Source of the DNA: Cycas panzhihuaensis
Taxonomy: Eukaryota > Plantae > Cycadophyta
Reading direction: 5' to 3'
Assembly: GCA_023213395.1 (NCBI GenBank)
Contig: CM041465.1
Location: 208,637,741 to 208,701,740 of the forward strand
Length of the DNA stretch: 64,000 bases
In this document: positions 52,491 through 64,000 of the stretch, piece after piece
Layout: each line of letters begins with the position of its first letter
Numbering within the stretch: the first letter of the stretch is position 1
Made by a program: the position numbers and the translations under genes
Notes under the pieces: model-generated
The model's database searches: none
The model's input: the letters and a program-made list of their open reading frames with translations, nothing else
Told to the model about the DNA's origin: nothing

Positions 52491-53529
52491 TATCACAAGA
52501 GGGAAATTAACCCTCAACTCACAAAATTCAAGATAATACAAAAAGTGAATTAACTATTAAAAGTTGTACACAATAGGTGGCTTCTCATTTGTCGTCAAAG
52601 AGGCAAGCATCATACTTAAGATCCTCTGTAACTTGTCTAAAATAGGACTCTTTGTCACGAAACTCACCCTCCATAGTTTGAAACATACACATAGTTAGGG
52701 AAATTTGATATGTCATTGTGAAGAGGGACCTATGAAATCTGTAACAACTAAAAATACAATGGAGGAATATGACAATATAGCAGTAAAAAAACCAAGGGAA
52801 TGAAGGTAGGAATTGAAAGTAAAATACTTGGAGGAAGCCTTTAGATGAACCATTCCTTTAACCATTTTGGGAATCGTTTCTTTTTTCAACCATTCCCTGA
52901 GAGGTGATTCCTAGTTCTACAATTGTTACCAATTGTTCCTAGTCCATTCTATGATAGTTTTGGGTCATTCCTCAACATTTAGGGCAACTTTTAGGTGATC
53001 AAAACCTAGTTTAAGGACTAAAACGGAGGTGCCTTGGTTCCTTGGGGAAGAATGCCTTTCTTCTATGTGTTGGAATGGACTGTGAGAAGCTAAAGGGCAT
53101 CCAATAAGGATCAGTACAAGCCTTTGGATAGATGAGTGCTCAAAAAAAAGAAATGAAAGATTGGAAAGAGAGGATATATGGAAATATTTCTCTTATATTA
53201 AGCTCCAAGGATTGATAAAGTACAATAGGAGGTTCCCTTTTCTTTTTAAAGATGTTGGAAGTGTCATGAGATGACAAGCAGTTATAAAAAATTGAAAAGG
53301 AACTTACTCAAGTAGAAAAGCTCAAGCATCTACTCAAGAACAAAACTGAAGGTTGGTTACACTTTTTGTAACTGACATGCATTGACTTAACTATACACTA
53401 ATTTGACTCGAGTCAGTTTTATAACTTATGTGAACTCAACGTAGAAATAGAAAATAAAGTATATAGTAGAAAATGGTTACATTGTATGCTACATGGGTTT
53501 AAGAGGAAATTGTCCCCAATTTCACTAGC

Positions 53530-56190
53530 CCTTATAGATATGGAAAATCTTGCTCAAATGTTGCCTACAAAATCCATTTAGCTTATGCAGGCAAGTTCCC
53601 TTCTTGCCCATGAGGTAAGTGGTAGTCTGTCAATGTTGCATGGTGCATGTCTTGGTATCAACAAGTGTGTCAACTAGAAGCGAATGTTGGAAATCTAGAA
53701 TTATGGCTTTTGGGTGAGTCAACTCAACCTCTTCTCCCAACTAGGGCAACTCATAATACTTGAGATTACTAATGTTGACGATGTCATGCATCCCAAGGTG
53801 AGCTACCAAGTCCAAGCAAAAGGCATTGGCCTTAGTGATTTTGTAGGGCCTAAACTAGATTGATTTGAGCTTATGATGAGGTTGGTGCTTGAACCGCTAC
53901 CTGTCCAAGTGGTGCCAAACTCGATCTCCCATTTGGAAGTTGTGTGGGATGATGTGTTGACCATGCTAATCTTTGCATTTGGCTTAGGACTTGGCGAGGA
54001 CCTCTTTGACTCCAACATGCACTCATTGGAGGTGATTTGCATTCCATAAACCATTACCTTTCACTACTTCTCCTCATTCCACATGGCAAGTGAAGTAAGT
54101 ACAATTAGAGGCTAATAAGGGGCTATAGTTCAGAACCCATAGCAAACCTTAGAAGGAAAGTGCCTTGCAAAGACATGTTACTCGACTGTAGTCATGCTGG
54201 ATAACTTCTAGAGATATATTCCATTGAGAAGTAGCATGCTGGAAAATGTGAAGGGATTGAACTAGGGTCCTATTCACTACCTTAGACTGGTTATCGGTTT
54301 GAGTATGTAATGCCATGGAGAATTGAAGTTTGCATCCCAAGAGTTTTGATAGTGTTGATCAAAAATGTTTGAGGAATCATCCATCTATGCCTGACATGAT
54401 TGTAGTTGGCAACCTATAGTGCAACAAGACATGGTCAAAAAATAGTTGGGTAGTGTATGGTGCTTTTGTGGACTTAGTGCATGGAATAAACATGACCATC
54501 TTTGAGAATTGACAAACCATGACCAAAATGCATTCGTGTTTGCCTTGTGTCACGAGCAACCCATTGATGAGGTTTACAGAGATGGATTCCCAAGGACAAG
54601 ATGGAACCAATAGGAGTTGATATAAGCGAACTTTCTGGCTGGAAAGTTTGGATTATGTGCATAGGGAACACCATCTAATGAAGTGCTTAATATGCCTTTG
54701 CATGGAGGGCTAGTAAAAATATCACTATAAGTGTTGAAGGGTTGTTTGAACCCCAAAATGTCCTCTATAATTGAAGGCATAAGCTTCCTTAAGAAGATGA
54801 TCTCTACCATTCTTATGTGACATAATGTTGAAATAGTCTATATAATAAGTCATCCTATAGGCTGAGGTTGTTGTATGGTTGTTGGTTTACTTGACTGAGT
54901 TGTTCTATTGTTGAGTAGATGGCATTGAAATCAAGGTCAGAGCCATAGTCACTTTGCCACTTGAAATAACCAGTACACCTAGTGTCAAGTGGACTAAGTA
55001 AGGTGCGGATAGGGGTCTATTCAGAAAATTTGCCATCTTATTAGTGGCCTCCTCCTTGTCCTTAATGGCAAAGTGAAACTACTACAATTAGGATGCCTAT
55101 CACGTGGTAGTGCTCTTGAATTTGGCTTTGTGACTATAGAGATTGGAGTAGTTGATGGTCTGTGTGCACAATTGCCTTCTTCCTAAGGAGATAATGATGA
55201 TAGCATTTGATCGCTTGGACAAGGGTATAGAATCCTTGTCATACATGCTATAGTTTTGCTTGACCTATGGAAAGGTTTTTGAATGGCAAGTGACAAAGTG
55301 TATTCCTTGTGTAAGCGCTACTCCCATGGCCACTTAGGAGGCATCAATTCAACCTCAAAATGTTGTTGATGATCTGGAAAAGCTAGGACCAAGGTTGAGT
55401 GTAAGGTGTCCTTCAATTTGTTGAAGGTAGCCTCTTGGGTGGGTCCCCAACTAAAAGGTATCTTGGTCTTGATAGTAACATATAGCGCATATGTAATGTT
55501 AGCATACCCAAAGATGAATTTAAGAAGTTTTGTAGAAGATGTCTTGTAGAAGTTCGACCCCAAAGAGTTACATAGATCAGTGACTATATTGGGTGGAAGC
55601 TAGTTGTGGATGATTGGGGCCCTTCCAAGGTTGATATAGATGTCACGTTGGTTGACGATGAGCCCAAAGTAGGTGATTAACTCCAATCCAAAGCAACACT
55701 TACTCTTCTTTGCCTTGACTTGATGGCATCAAAGAGTGCCAAGAACTTGCTACACATGTTGAATGTGTTTGGCCCATGTCCAGCCATAGATGAATGTGTT
55801 GTCCAAGAAGACAATGATAAACTTTCCCAAGAGGGAACAAAGAATGTCATTTATCAATCTCATGAAGGTCGCTAGGGTGTTGATTAGGCTAACAACATGA
55901 GTAACCACTATTATAATCTTAAATAGGTCTTGAATGTAGTCTTCCAAGTGTCAAAAGACTCCACTCACACCTGATGATATCTCAATGCAAGATCAATCTT
56001 GGTGAAATATAGAGTGCTCTACAACTTGTCCATCAAACCATCAATGCAGGGTAATGGGTATTGATTATTCATTGTGATGCAGTTGAGTGCTTAGTAGTCT
56101 ATGAAAAGGTGCCAAGTATCATCCTTCTTAGGCACCAAGAGCACTAAGAAACTACATGGGGAGGAACTCAATTAAATCCTACCAACCTAA
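53530..56190 (-). mobile_element. Gypsy-G: heavily decayed CRM-like RT/RNase H/integrase, related to Gypsy-D
   Basis: Motifs PWESISV, VCQFSKMVMFIPC, HTQTDNQSKVVNRTL, TFMRLINDIL and VFLDN. Confidence 0.8.
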
Positions 56191-56191
56191 A

Positions 56192-56610
56192 TGTTGCGTT
56201 CCTAAATTATGAAGAACTCAATTTTTAGGAGAAAGAATCAAATGTTGGTTTTAGAGAGAGAAAGTAAGGCTATAAATAAAGGAGTTTTATTCGTTCATGA
56301 TCATCTTTGAAGAATTTAATATTTGTTATGGACTAATGGTCTAGTGCCATTAGGGCACGTTGTGCCAACTAGGAGGCCACTCTTGCCTCAAAGAGGGCAT
56401 TTTTATCAGAGATATTTCATCTAAATAGTATAATTACTATTGCAATTTCTGATATTATGCAGGTGGATGAGTTGTTTTTTGTTATTATATTGTTTACTGT
56501 TGGGGAAAGTCTAATGTATGTATGTTAAGATATTATTATGTGAAGTTTTTTTATGTAATTATCATATTCTGTGTAGAATATTGGCAGGCATTGCTACATT
56601 GGTATCAGAG
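56192..56610 (+). mobile_element. 5' LTR (56192-56598) plus iMet PBS of another element interrupting Gypsy-G RT
   Basis: TGTTGC...GCTACA followed by a perfect TGGTATCAGAG at 56600-56610. No partner LTR was recognised. Confidence 0.7.
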
Positions 56611-59600
56611 ACTTATTAGCAAATTATTGGGGGGACTATCTAGTAGGTGTTATAATATATTAAAAAAAAAGAAAGAAAGAAAAAATAAATTGACATGTAC
56701 TTAATCGTAAAAGAGGAGAAAATTGAAGGTGTAGTTGAGGAGCAGATCACATCCCATCTAAGAGGTGTATCTATCTAAAACTCCATGTTGCTGGAAACCT
56801 ACAGTCTGTGGATATTACAAAGGCCTTTATAATTAATTAATCACTCAATTTTTTCTCAACTCTTTGCATTGCAGAGGGCAGACCGAATCAAGAGGAAGAA
56901 GGGGCGAAACCCTTGGTGAAGTTGTAGGTCACTTGGCAATGAGGAAGATTTTGTGGTAATTATGGTAGCAAAGATTGGTTGTATTACATGCGAAGATGAG
57001 GAAATGAAAAAAAGAAAACAAGAACAGACCAAACAAAAATCAATTGGAGGTGAAGACAAAGAAGAGTTGTTGAGGTTGAGGTCGGGCATTACTAGCGAAG
57101 CTATGAACATCCAAAAAATGGAGGATCATTGAATTTTTGAGGCAAACAACATCACGAATTTTGCAGGGTGACATTTAAAAAGAGTAGATCTATCCTTGAT
57201 TTCTATGCACTAAACACAAAGGCAAACATGAGAGCAAGAGAGACTTGAGAGAAAGAGAGTAGCTCTCACAAAATGGGGAGGCAAGAATAAGCCTCCTTCG
57301 TTGAGCTTTTACTTTTATATTGAGAGAGGGAGCATTAGAGTTAGGTGAAATGAAATTACACATAATGCACATGAAAGTGCATTTCACTTAAGTGATCTAA
57401 TTTAAAGTTCACTTAAGACCCTTTTTAGAAATAATCAACTAATGTAATGACCTTGTGACATTAACCCATTTCAACATTCTCATCCTCTACAGTCTGATTG
57501 TTGAGAGAGGTGTAGGTTGAAACCCAAAGCAAAAAGTGATAAGTAGGACAAAGGCATAATCGTCATCATCATGGAGGGACGTCATGGAGATCATAGGAAA
57601 TCTAGACAAAATATAGTTGCAGGAGCACTAAGGGCACAAGGAAGCCCCTATCAAAATTAAAGAAGCACACCTAGACCCATGGAGTTGCGCTTAGATTTTT
57701 GCCATGACAATACATTAGATGAGTGCCCAGAATTTAAGTGGATACATTAGATAAGCAAAGTATGCAATTTGTGCACAATTATTATATTTAATTTAGCCTT
57801 GAGTCTGTAGCCCCTTTTGCAAGTGAGTGGTGACAGGCTTATCTCATATGACTTGGAGTTAAGTCAATCTAGTTTTTTGTTATTATTATTTAGTTTGAAT
57901 TTTCAATAGGCATACCTGAACATTTTCATCTATAATTTCAATTGTGGGTGTTGGGTTCCAGTTTTGTCTAAACCATTGGAATCCTAGTTCAGAGACGATC
58001 AATTTGAATGGTTGCATGGTACAATTCTGATCAGCCCTTGATGTAGATTTTAAACCATGAAGTAGTAGCTCTTTGTGACAAAAAGAAACAAAATGGAGTT
58101 AGATTTTTTCAATCCTAATAAAGGCACCAATGTGGAAAAACTAGAAATGGTCGAAATGTTGAATGAGTACATGAAAGATACATAGATTGAAAATTATGGA
58201 CCATGAACTGAACTTCTTTTGGAAGGGAAAGCTTGTAATTTGTTTATTAACTAGTCTAACAAACCAAAAATATCAAAATTGTTCAGTGACTGGTTATGGT
58301 TTAAAATAGTATTAATAGCCATATCACAGGAGTGGAATCAAGATATGTAGATTCAAACCAACCTAATGCACATACAAGAACAAAACAACAACTCTATGAA
58401 TGAGGAACAAGAAGACCTTGTTCAGGATAAAGATGAAGACAAAAAAGGATCTAATTGCATACAACACAAGGAATTAGGCAATGGGGAATTTGCACACCTA
58501 GAAGAAGACACCAAACAGATGACAGAGCAAGATTTGGCGGCCCAAGAAGGACTCGTCCAATGTTATTAAGAGGAACTTGAGAAGTCCAAGGAAGAGTCCA
58601 TGCAATCAAGCAATCTCCAAAGGGTACTCAACGTGGTTTTTGATCCTGTTTTGCACATGCACATTTCCTTTGGTAGTTTTATCTTCCCTCTTTCTTTTCC
58701 ATCTTCAATAGTTGTACAAAAACCCTCTCCCCCTTCCTCCATAGTTGTCCAAACGCCTAAGCTTCTAAATTCCAAGGTCTCCATAGGACAAATTTTAGCC
58801 CCCCTTTACAACCTTAACTTATCTTACCATTCCCATGTTTCTTCATCCCCTAGAGAATCTCATTAGTAGGATGTTCTCAACCTTTTATCCTCTCGTCATC
58901 GCATTTTGCCTCCTAATATAATGATTACTTCTTATAATACCTTATCATGTCTATCCCAACCTTCCATACTTTGATATAACCAACACTCTTTTTCTATTAA
59001 TTCCTCCATCCAACCCTTCCCCGTCTTTGAACCTCTATTAAAACATCTTTCTGACAAAAAATGTCTGTCACTACTCCTACATAACTCTTATTTCCCTAAG
59101 ATCTCTAATTATTCAACCAAACCCATCCTAATCATAACCCCTTGTCAAATCAATACCCAAACCTCAAGTACTACTCACTATATAGTTCTCCTCTCTAAGT
59201 TTCCCACATATACAAATCTATTGATTATCACCTTATGCATCCCCACTTCTCCCACTCCTTCCATTATGCAATCACCAATGTACGATCCTTATGATCAATT
59301 TTTCTCCAGCCTCCCAAAATCACATTATAACTTTCCTTACAAATCCTCTCAGTATTCTTAGCACCTCTCTCATTCCCAGAGTGATGTCATTTGAGGACAA
59401 AATGTGCAATCATAAAATAGAAGCATGGCCAAGCACCATCAACACCACACAGGTCCCAAGATTGCTCTGATATAGGACAAGATACAACATGTACCTAGTC
59501 CCCAAAACAAGCATTTGCAAATTCTGGTTACTTGTCAACAATCTCCAATAGAACGTGCAAGATTGGACCCAATTTTTATGACATATAGGATTTAGCAGGT

Positions 59601-59639
59601 AGTGGGTCGAAGAACTTGCCAAAACAAGGCCAAGCAACT

Positions 59640-60426
59640 CCACATATGACTACATATACTTCGAGTAATCACCTAGTATCAATTGCATGTCTTATTGAAT
59701 GGTATCTAATAGAGGCATTGGTGTCTCCTTCAGGTGTCTAATGAATAGAATGGAGCCCTCCTTGGTAGAGCTAGCAACCATGTTAGCTTATGTACTTGGC
59801 ACTATAGTAACCTAAGACGCTAATAACATGAGCTACAAGGCTTGTTGCCCCTTCTGCAATTTGTATGTGTTTTTTAATCTATCATAGACAGCTTGTCTAT
59901 TGTATTGATAGGACTAGCCCAATAAGAGCTAACAATAGTCCATGGGTATCATGCCATAGGTAACTATATCAATAAATGGGTTAACTACAAAGGTTACATG
60001 TTAGACTCAATCTACAAGAGTTTGCAGTCCACTTGTTTTAATCCAACCAAGGTTGTAAGGATTTAGATGAATTTCAGTACAGAGTTTAAGAGCTCTAACT
60101 AACTAATTAGAAACAAGATTTTTCATACTACCATTGTCAATATTACAAAGGACAATTTGGTCCTTGATTTAGTAGCTTTGGGTAAAAAATGACCTCTCTT
60201 TCAGAGGCAAAATAGTGCTCAGCCATTATCACCAAGCATAGGTTGGTCACAATCTAGTTGGGGACCAATAATGTAGAATTTTTAGTAGGGGCACTAGATA
60301 TACTTGCATCTTCCAAACATGCTTGAATCTTCCATTTCTTCTACTACCAATTTCTTGGGCTTGGGTTGGCCATTTCACTTCAAGCATTTCTCATTTGAAT
60401 GCCCAAAGGACTTGTGATAATTACAA
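59640..60426 (-). pseudogene. Gypsy gag C-terminus / protease-RT linker remnants (probable continuation of Gypsy-G)
   Basis: CNYHKSFGHSNEKC resembles Gypsy-D YSFHKSQGHTDAEC; the remainder is very decayed. Confidence 0.55.
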
Positions 60427-63400
60427 TATTTGCAAGTGTGGCAGTTAAGACTAAGCCATATGTTTAATGTTAAATGTGGTTTGGTTAATGTTAAGTGAAA
60501 AAGTGCAAATGTTTCAAACGGTCACAACCATTCAAGTGGACATACCATTTGGAGGACTATAAATAACCATGGAGTCCATTGTAAATTCATCCAAGAATCA
60601 CTAATGTGATCTAATGATCTTTTGTGGTGGGTTTTTTCCTAAAAGGGTTTTCCACATAAATTATTGTGTACTATGTACCTGTTCTCTTTATTGTTGCTTG
60701 TTGTGTATGATCAAGATCCTGTAATTCAAAATACATGCATGTTTTCATGTTTATTCACATGGCATCAGACCTAAATGGAATACATAGTTGAGGCAAGGTT
60801 GGGTGGATGTGGTAAGATTGAAGGCTGTTTGTTGACGCTAGTAGAGCCCTATTCTATCAACTTTTAATCTTCTCTGACAACCAAAAGAGTGACATAGTGG
60901 TGATTGAGGAGGTGGATTTCACCTATCAATAAGATTTTTTCACTATTTAAGGTCTAAAATCAATATTGGGCACATTTCAGACTTTGTTGGGCTAAATTTG
61001 AAGGTGATATAATAATGTTGGGTTACGTTGGGCATGGTCGTTTGACGTAATTGGGCATAAGATCTAATGCCCAGTCATCAAAAAGGGGTTAGACAGTGTT
61101 TATAGGCATGATTGAATCCACTTGAGGAGATTTCTTGCTCATATTATTGGTGTTGGGTACTTTATGAAGGCTAAATTGTTCATTTTGATACTCGTGGAGG
61201 GTGCTAGCTCGATTCCTTATCAATAGACAACTTTTGAGAAGTGTTGGAGTGCCCCAATGATTGACTTGTGGTTGGATATCTGCATGGAAATGAGTTTGTG
61301 AGGCTTGTACAACCTTCTTCTAGTCATAGCACCTATTTGTCCATTGTACAAGTGTAGGAAACTCGTGGGAGTCGCACCTACTCGTGGATGAGACACTACA
61401 TTTCATGGAGGAACCTCTCGTTCATTTGGACCACCAAATCTCATATTAAAGGTATATTAAGGTTAGAACCGTAATATAAACATTATATATGTTGTTTGTT
61501 GACTTTTTCAACACTTTTTAAAGTCATATGGAGATAAGGAGAGCTACATGGGTATAAAGTGAGTAGTCACCACTTTTGGAATATGCTTTTTGTATATTCT
61601 TTTCTCAATATAAAAAGTGAATGTAAATACCATTACATCAATCCCTTTGATGATTTTCATTGGAATTTTGAAATAATTTGACATTCGTGTCTAAAATTTA
61701 GACTTGGTGTTACGCCCGTTCTACTACTTATAGACTTTCTTTGTCATTTGAAGCATTTTTTTGAGGTTTTCAATGTTTTTTTTGGTGGCCTATCATGTGG
61801 GTGTAAAAATATTAAAGCTCAAAACCTATGTGACATTAATGGTGTGTGAAATCAATTGTTAAAACCATTAAATATTGCATTTTTGGCAAGTTTGCTAGAG
61901 ATTGGAGATTGAGCAGTGTGCAAGATGTTGTCTATGAACTAAGAGTCAACTAGTTTGGCAAAAATAGCTTGTTTGTGTGCTTATTTCTCATGATGGAGAG
62001 GATGATGCCTCAAGTCATCTTTAATGGGAATAATTTTAGTGAATGGGAGGCTAACATGAAGGTCGTTTTAATGGTGAATCAACTTTGGGGGATCACCAAA
62101 GATGAGTTACTTGCTATTCTATTGGATGCAAAGGAGCAAACTCATAAAGAGGAGAAGCAGTTTATGGTTTTTGGGCTATTGAAATCATCTTTGGTAGCCA
62201 ACCAAAGAGCCATAGTTCATAACCTTGATAAACCAAACAAAATTTAGACAAAATTGTATAAGACATTTGTAAAGAAAAATACAAATCACCATGTTGCTTT
62301 GATGATGGAGCTTCTTAATGTAGCAGTGGAAGACAAAAGTAACATAAGTGCCTACCTAAATAAAATAATTGATTTTAGGAACAAATTAGAAGAGATTAAA
62401 TTAGGCTCAATTGATAACACATTGTTGTTTGCATTAGTTATGTCGAAACTACAAGCTATATTTGGAACCTTTCTGACCATCTATGTGAGAGATGAAGTAA
62501 TGGAGGGTGAATCATTTGAGAAGATGAAGCACCATGGTCTGCTCAGTGATTCCAAATCAAATCAAGCCCTGGTCATGAAGACACATAAGAGAGATGATTT
62601 TCAGGAAGGGAGGTCCATGCAAAAATTAGGAAAAGTTTCTTGGGAGAAGAAGCAATTTGTTGGAAAAGACGAGAGAAGAACTATTGGTTTAAAAGATGAG
62701 ATAAATGCAAAGCAAGTAAGGATGAAAAAGGAAAGGATGTTGTAGCTTCTTGTGCAAAAACATCAGCCTTGTTAATCGAGTCAAATCGGAGAGACTACTG
62801 GATTTTGGACTCAAGAATGTAGAAACATATCTCTTTTCAGAAGCAAAACCTTGATGCATGGAATGCTAGTCCTAGTGAAGCTGGAATCATTCTTGGGGAT
62901 GTGAGTGTATTGCCTGTTGAAGCTATTGCCATTGTTCCTCTTGTAGGAGGAAAATTTAAGGGTGTGTATTACGTACCCAAGATGAAGATGAACCTTCTGT
63001 CAGCCTGAGAGATCTGCAAATAAGGTATGAAGGTTGAACTCTATAAAGACAAATGCCTAATTAAGAATCCTTAGAAACTTTTCTCTGACATTGCTGCTGG
63101 AAAAGTAAGGGATGATTTTTGGGTGTTTGAGAAATCTCAGTCCCAGAATAGTTCCTATGCCTTTATAGTCGGTGTTGACGATGTGAGTAAATGTTGGTAT
63201 GAATGCCTTGGACACCTTAATTACAAAAGCATAACACTTATGAATTGATTGAAGATGGTGGAAGGAATGCCCATGCCCCATGTTTCTTGTTTAGAAGGTG
63301 TATGTGAAGGATACATGTGTGAAAGCATCATCGCTATCCTTTTGCTCGAGATCATGCCTAGAGAGCCAAGGAGAATCTAGAGCTTGTGCATTCTAATGTG

Positions 63401-64000
63401 ATGGGTCCTCTTTCAAACCCTTCCATATCTAGAGCTCACTATACTTTAGTGTTTGTAGATGATTATACCATGAAGGCCCACATACATTTTCTAAAAAATA
63501 AGTGTGAAGTGTTCGACCACTTTTATGAATGGAAGGTATGTGTCAAGAATGAATGTGAAAAGGAGATAAAAATTCTAAGGAGTGATAATGGAAAGGAATA
63601 TGACAATAATGCTTCTAATAAGTTCTGTCTTAATCATGGTATAAAGCAAGAATTCATAGTTCTATATACCCCACAACAAAACAATGTTGTTGAAAGAAAG
63701 AACTATGCCATGATGGAAATAGCAAGGTGTGTGGTGCATGTGAAGAATTTGCTGCCTAAATTTTAGGCAGAAGCTATTGGGACTATTGTTTATTCCTAAA
63801 TAGGATACTGTTAAAAGCAATTTGTGGCATGACCCCTGAAGAAAAATGGACTAGCTGTAAACCTACCATTGACCATTTGAAAACCTTTGTGTGCATTGCA
63901 TATGCATATATTCTAGGCAAAAATTGCTAAAAATTGGATCGTAAGAGTTTGATGTGTATATTTGTGGGGCATTCTGATCAAAACAAAGTTTACAGACTGT
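60427..64000 (+). mobile_element. Copia-I: Copia-A-family element with 5' LTR ~60427-60759, PBS, gag, protease and integrase; runs off the right edge
   Basis: TTCACA|TGGCATCAGA at 60760. The LTR shares GGxTTTTTCC.AAAAGGxTTTTCCAC with Copia-A. Gag 61990-62745, WILDS ~62800, FVDDYT, LRSDNGKEY. Confidence 0.88.

Noticed and set aside
52491-57460. Element bounded by TATCACAAG...CTTGTGACA inverted termini
   Set aside because: The flanks (GCGGT vs TTAAC) do not form a TSD and the interior is a mosaic. Left unresolved.
56611-59400. Short ORFs (for example 58366-58866) as host exons
   Set aside because: Low-complexity, probably decayed retroelement interior; no splice-consistent homology was recognised.

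Overview
AT-rich eukaryotic DNA from a plant. The element families and giant-intron layout look gymnosperm-like, but that is inference. The only recognisable host gene is the 5' part of a DUF1350 alpha/beta-hydrolase-like gene (+ strand, coding exons 4878-5290 and 5471-5674). Its next exon was not found, so the rest of the window is probably one intron of more than 58 kb filled with nested, mostly decayed LTR retrotransposons. Five insertions are resolved by LTR pairs and target-site duplications (TSDs). Copia-A (6772-51756, -) contains chromovirus B (8542-37273, +). B contains chromovirus C (11301-23586, +), which contains CRM-like D (16185-22157, -). B also contains the young non-chromovirus Ty3 element H (26256-36772, +). 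Copia-A further holds two back-to-back 5'-truncated copia elements (E and F). A LINE fragment, more gypsy debris and a second Copia-A-family element follow. Most interesting signal: two different Ty3-type elements (positions 1-2724 and H) share one layout, a tandem motif/hairpin array directly upstream of an apparently homologous extra ORF, with the array's short motif also enriched in that element's own LTR. H also carries extra tandem Gag-like repeats between protease and RT. All comparisons and counts were done by eye; no searches were run.
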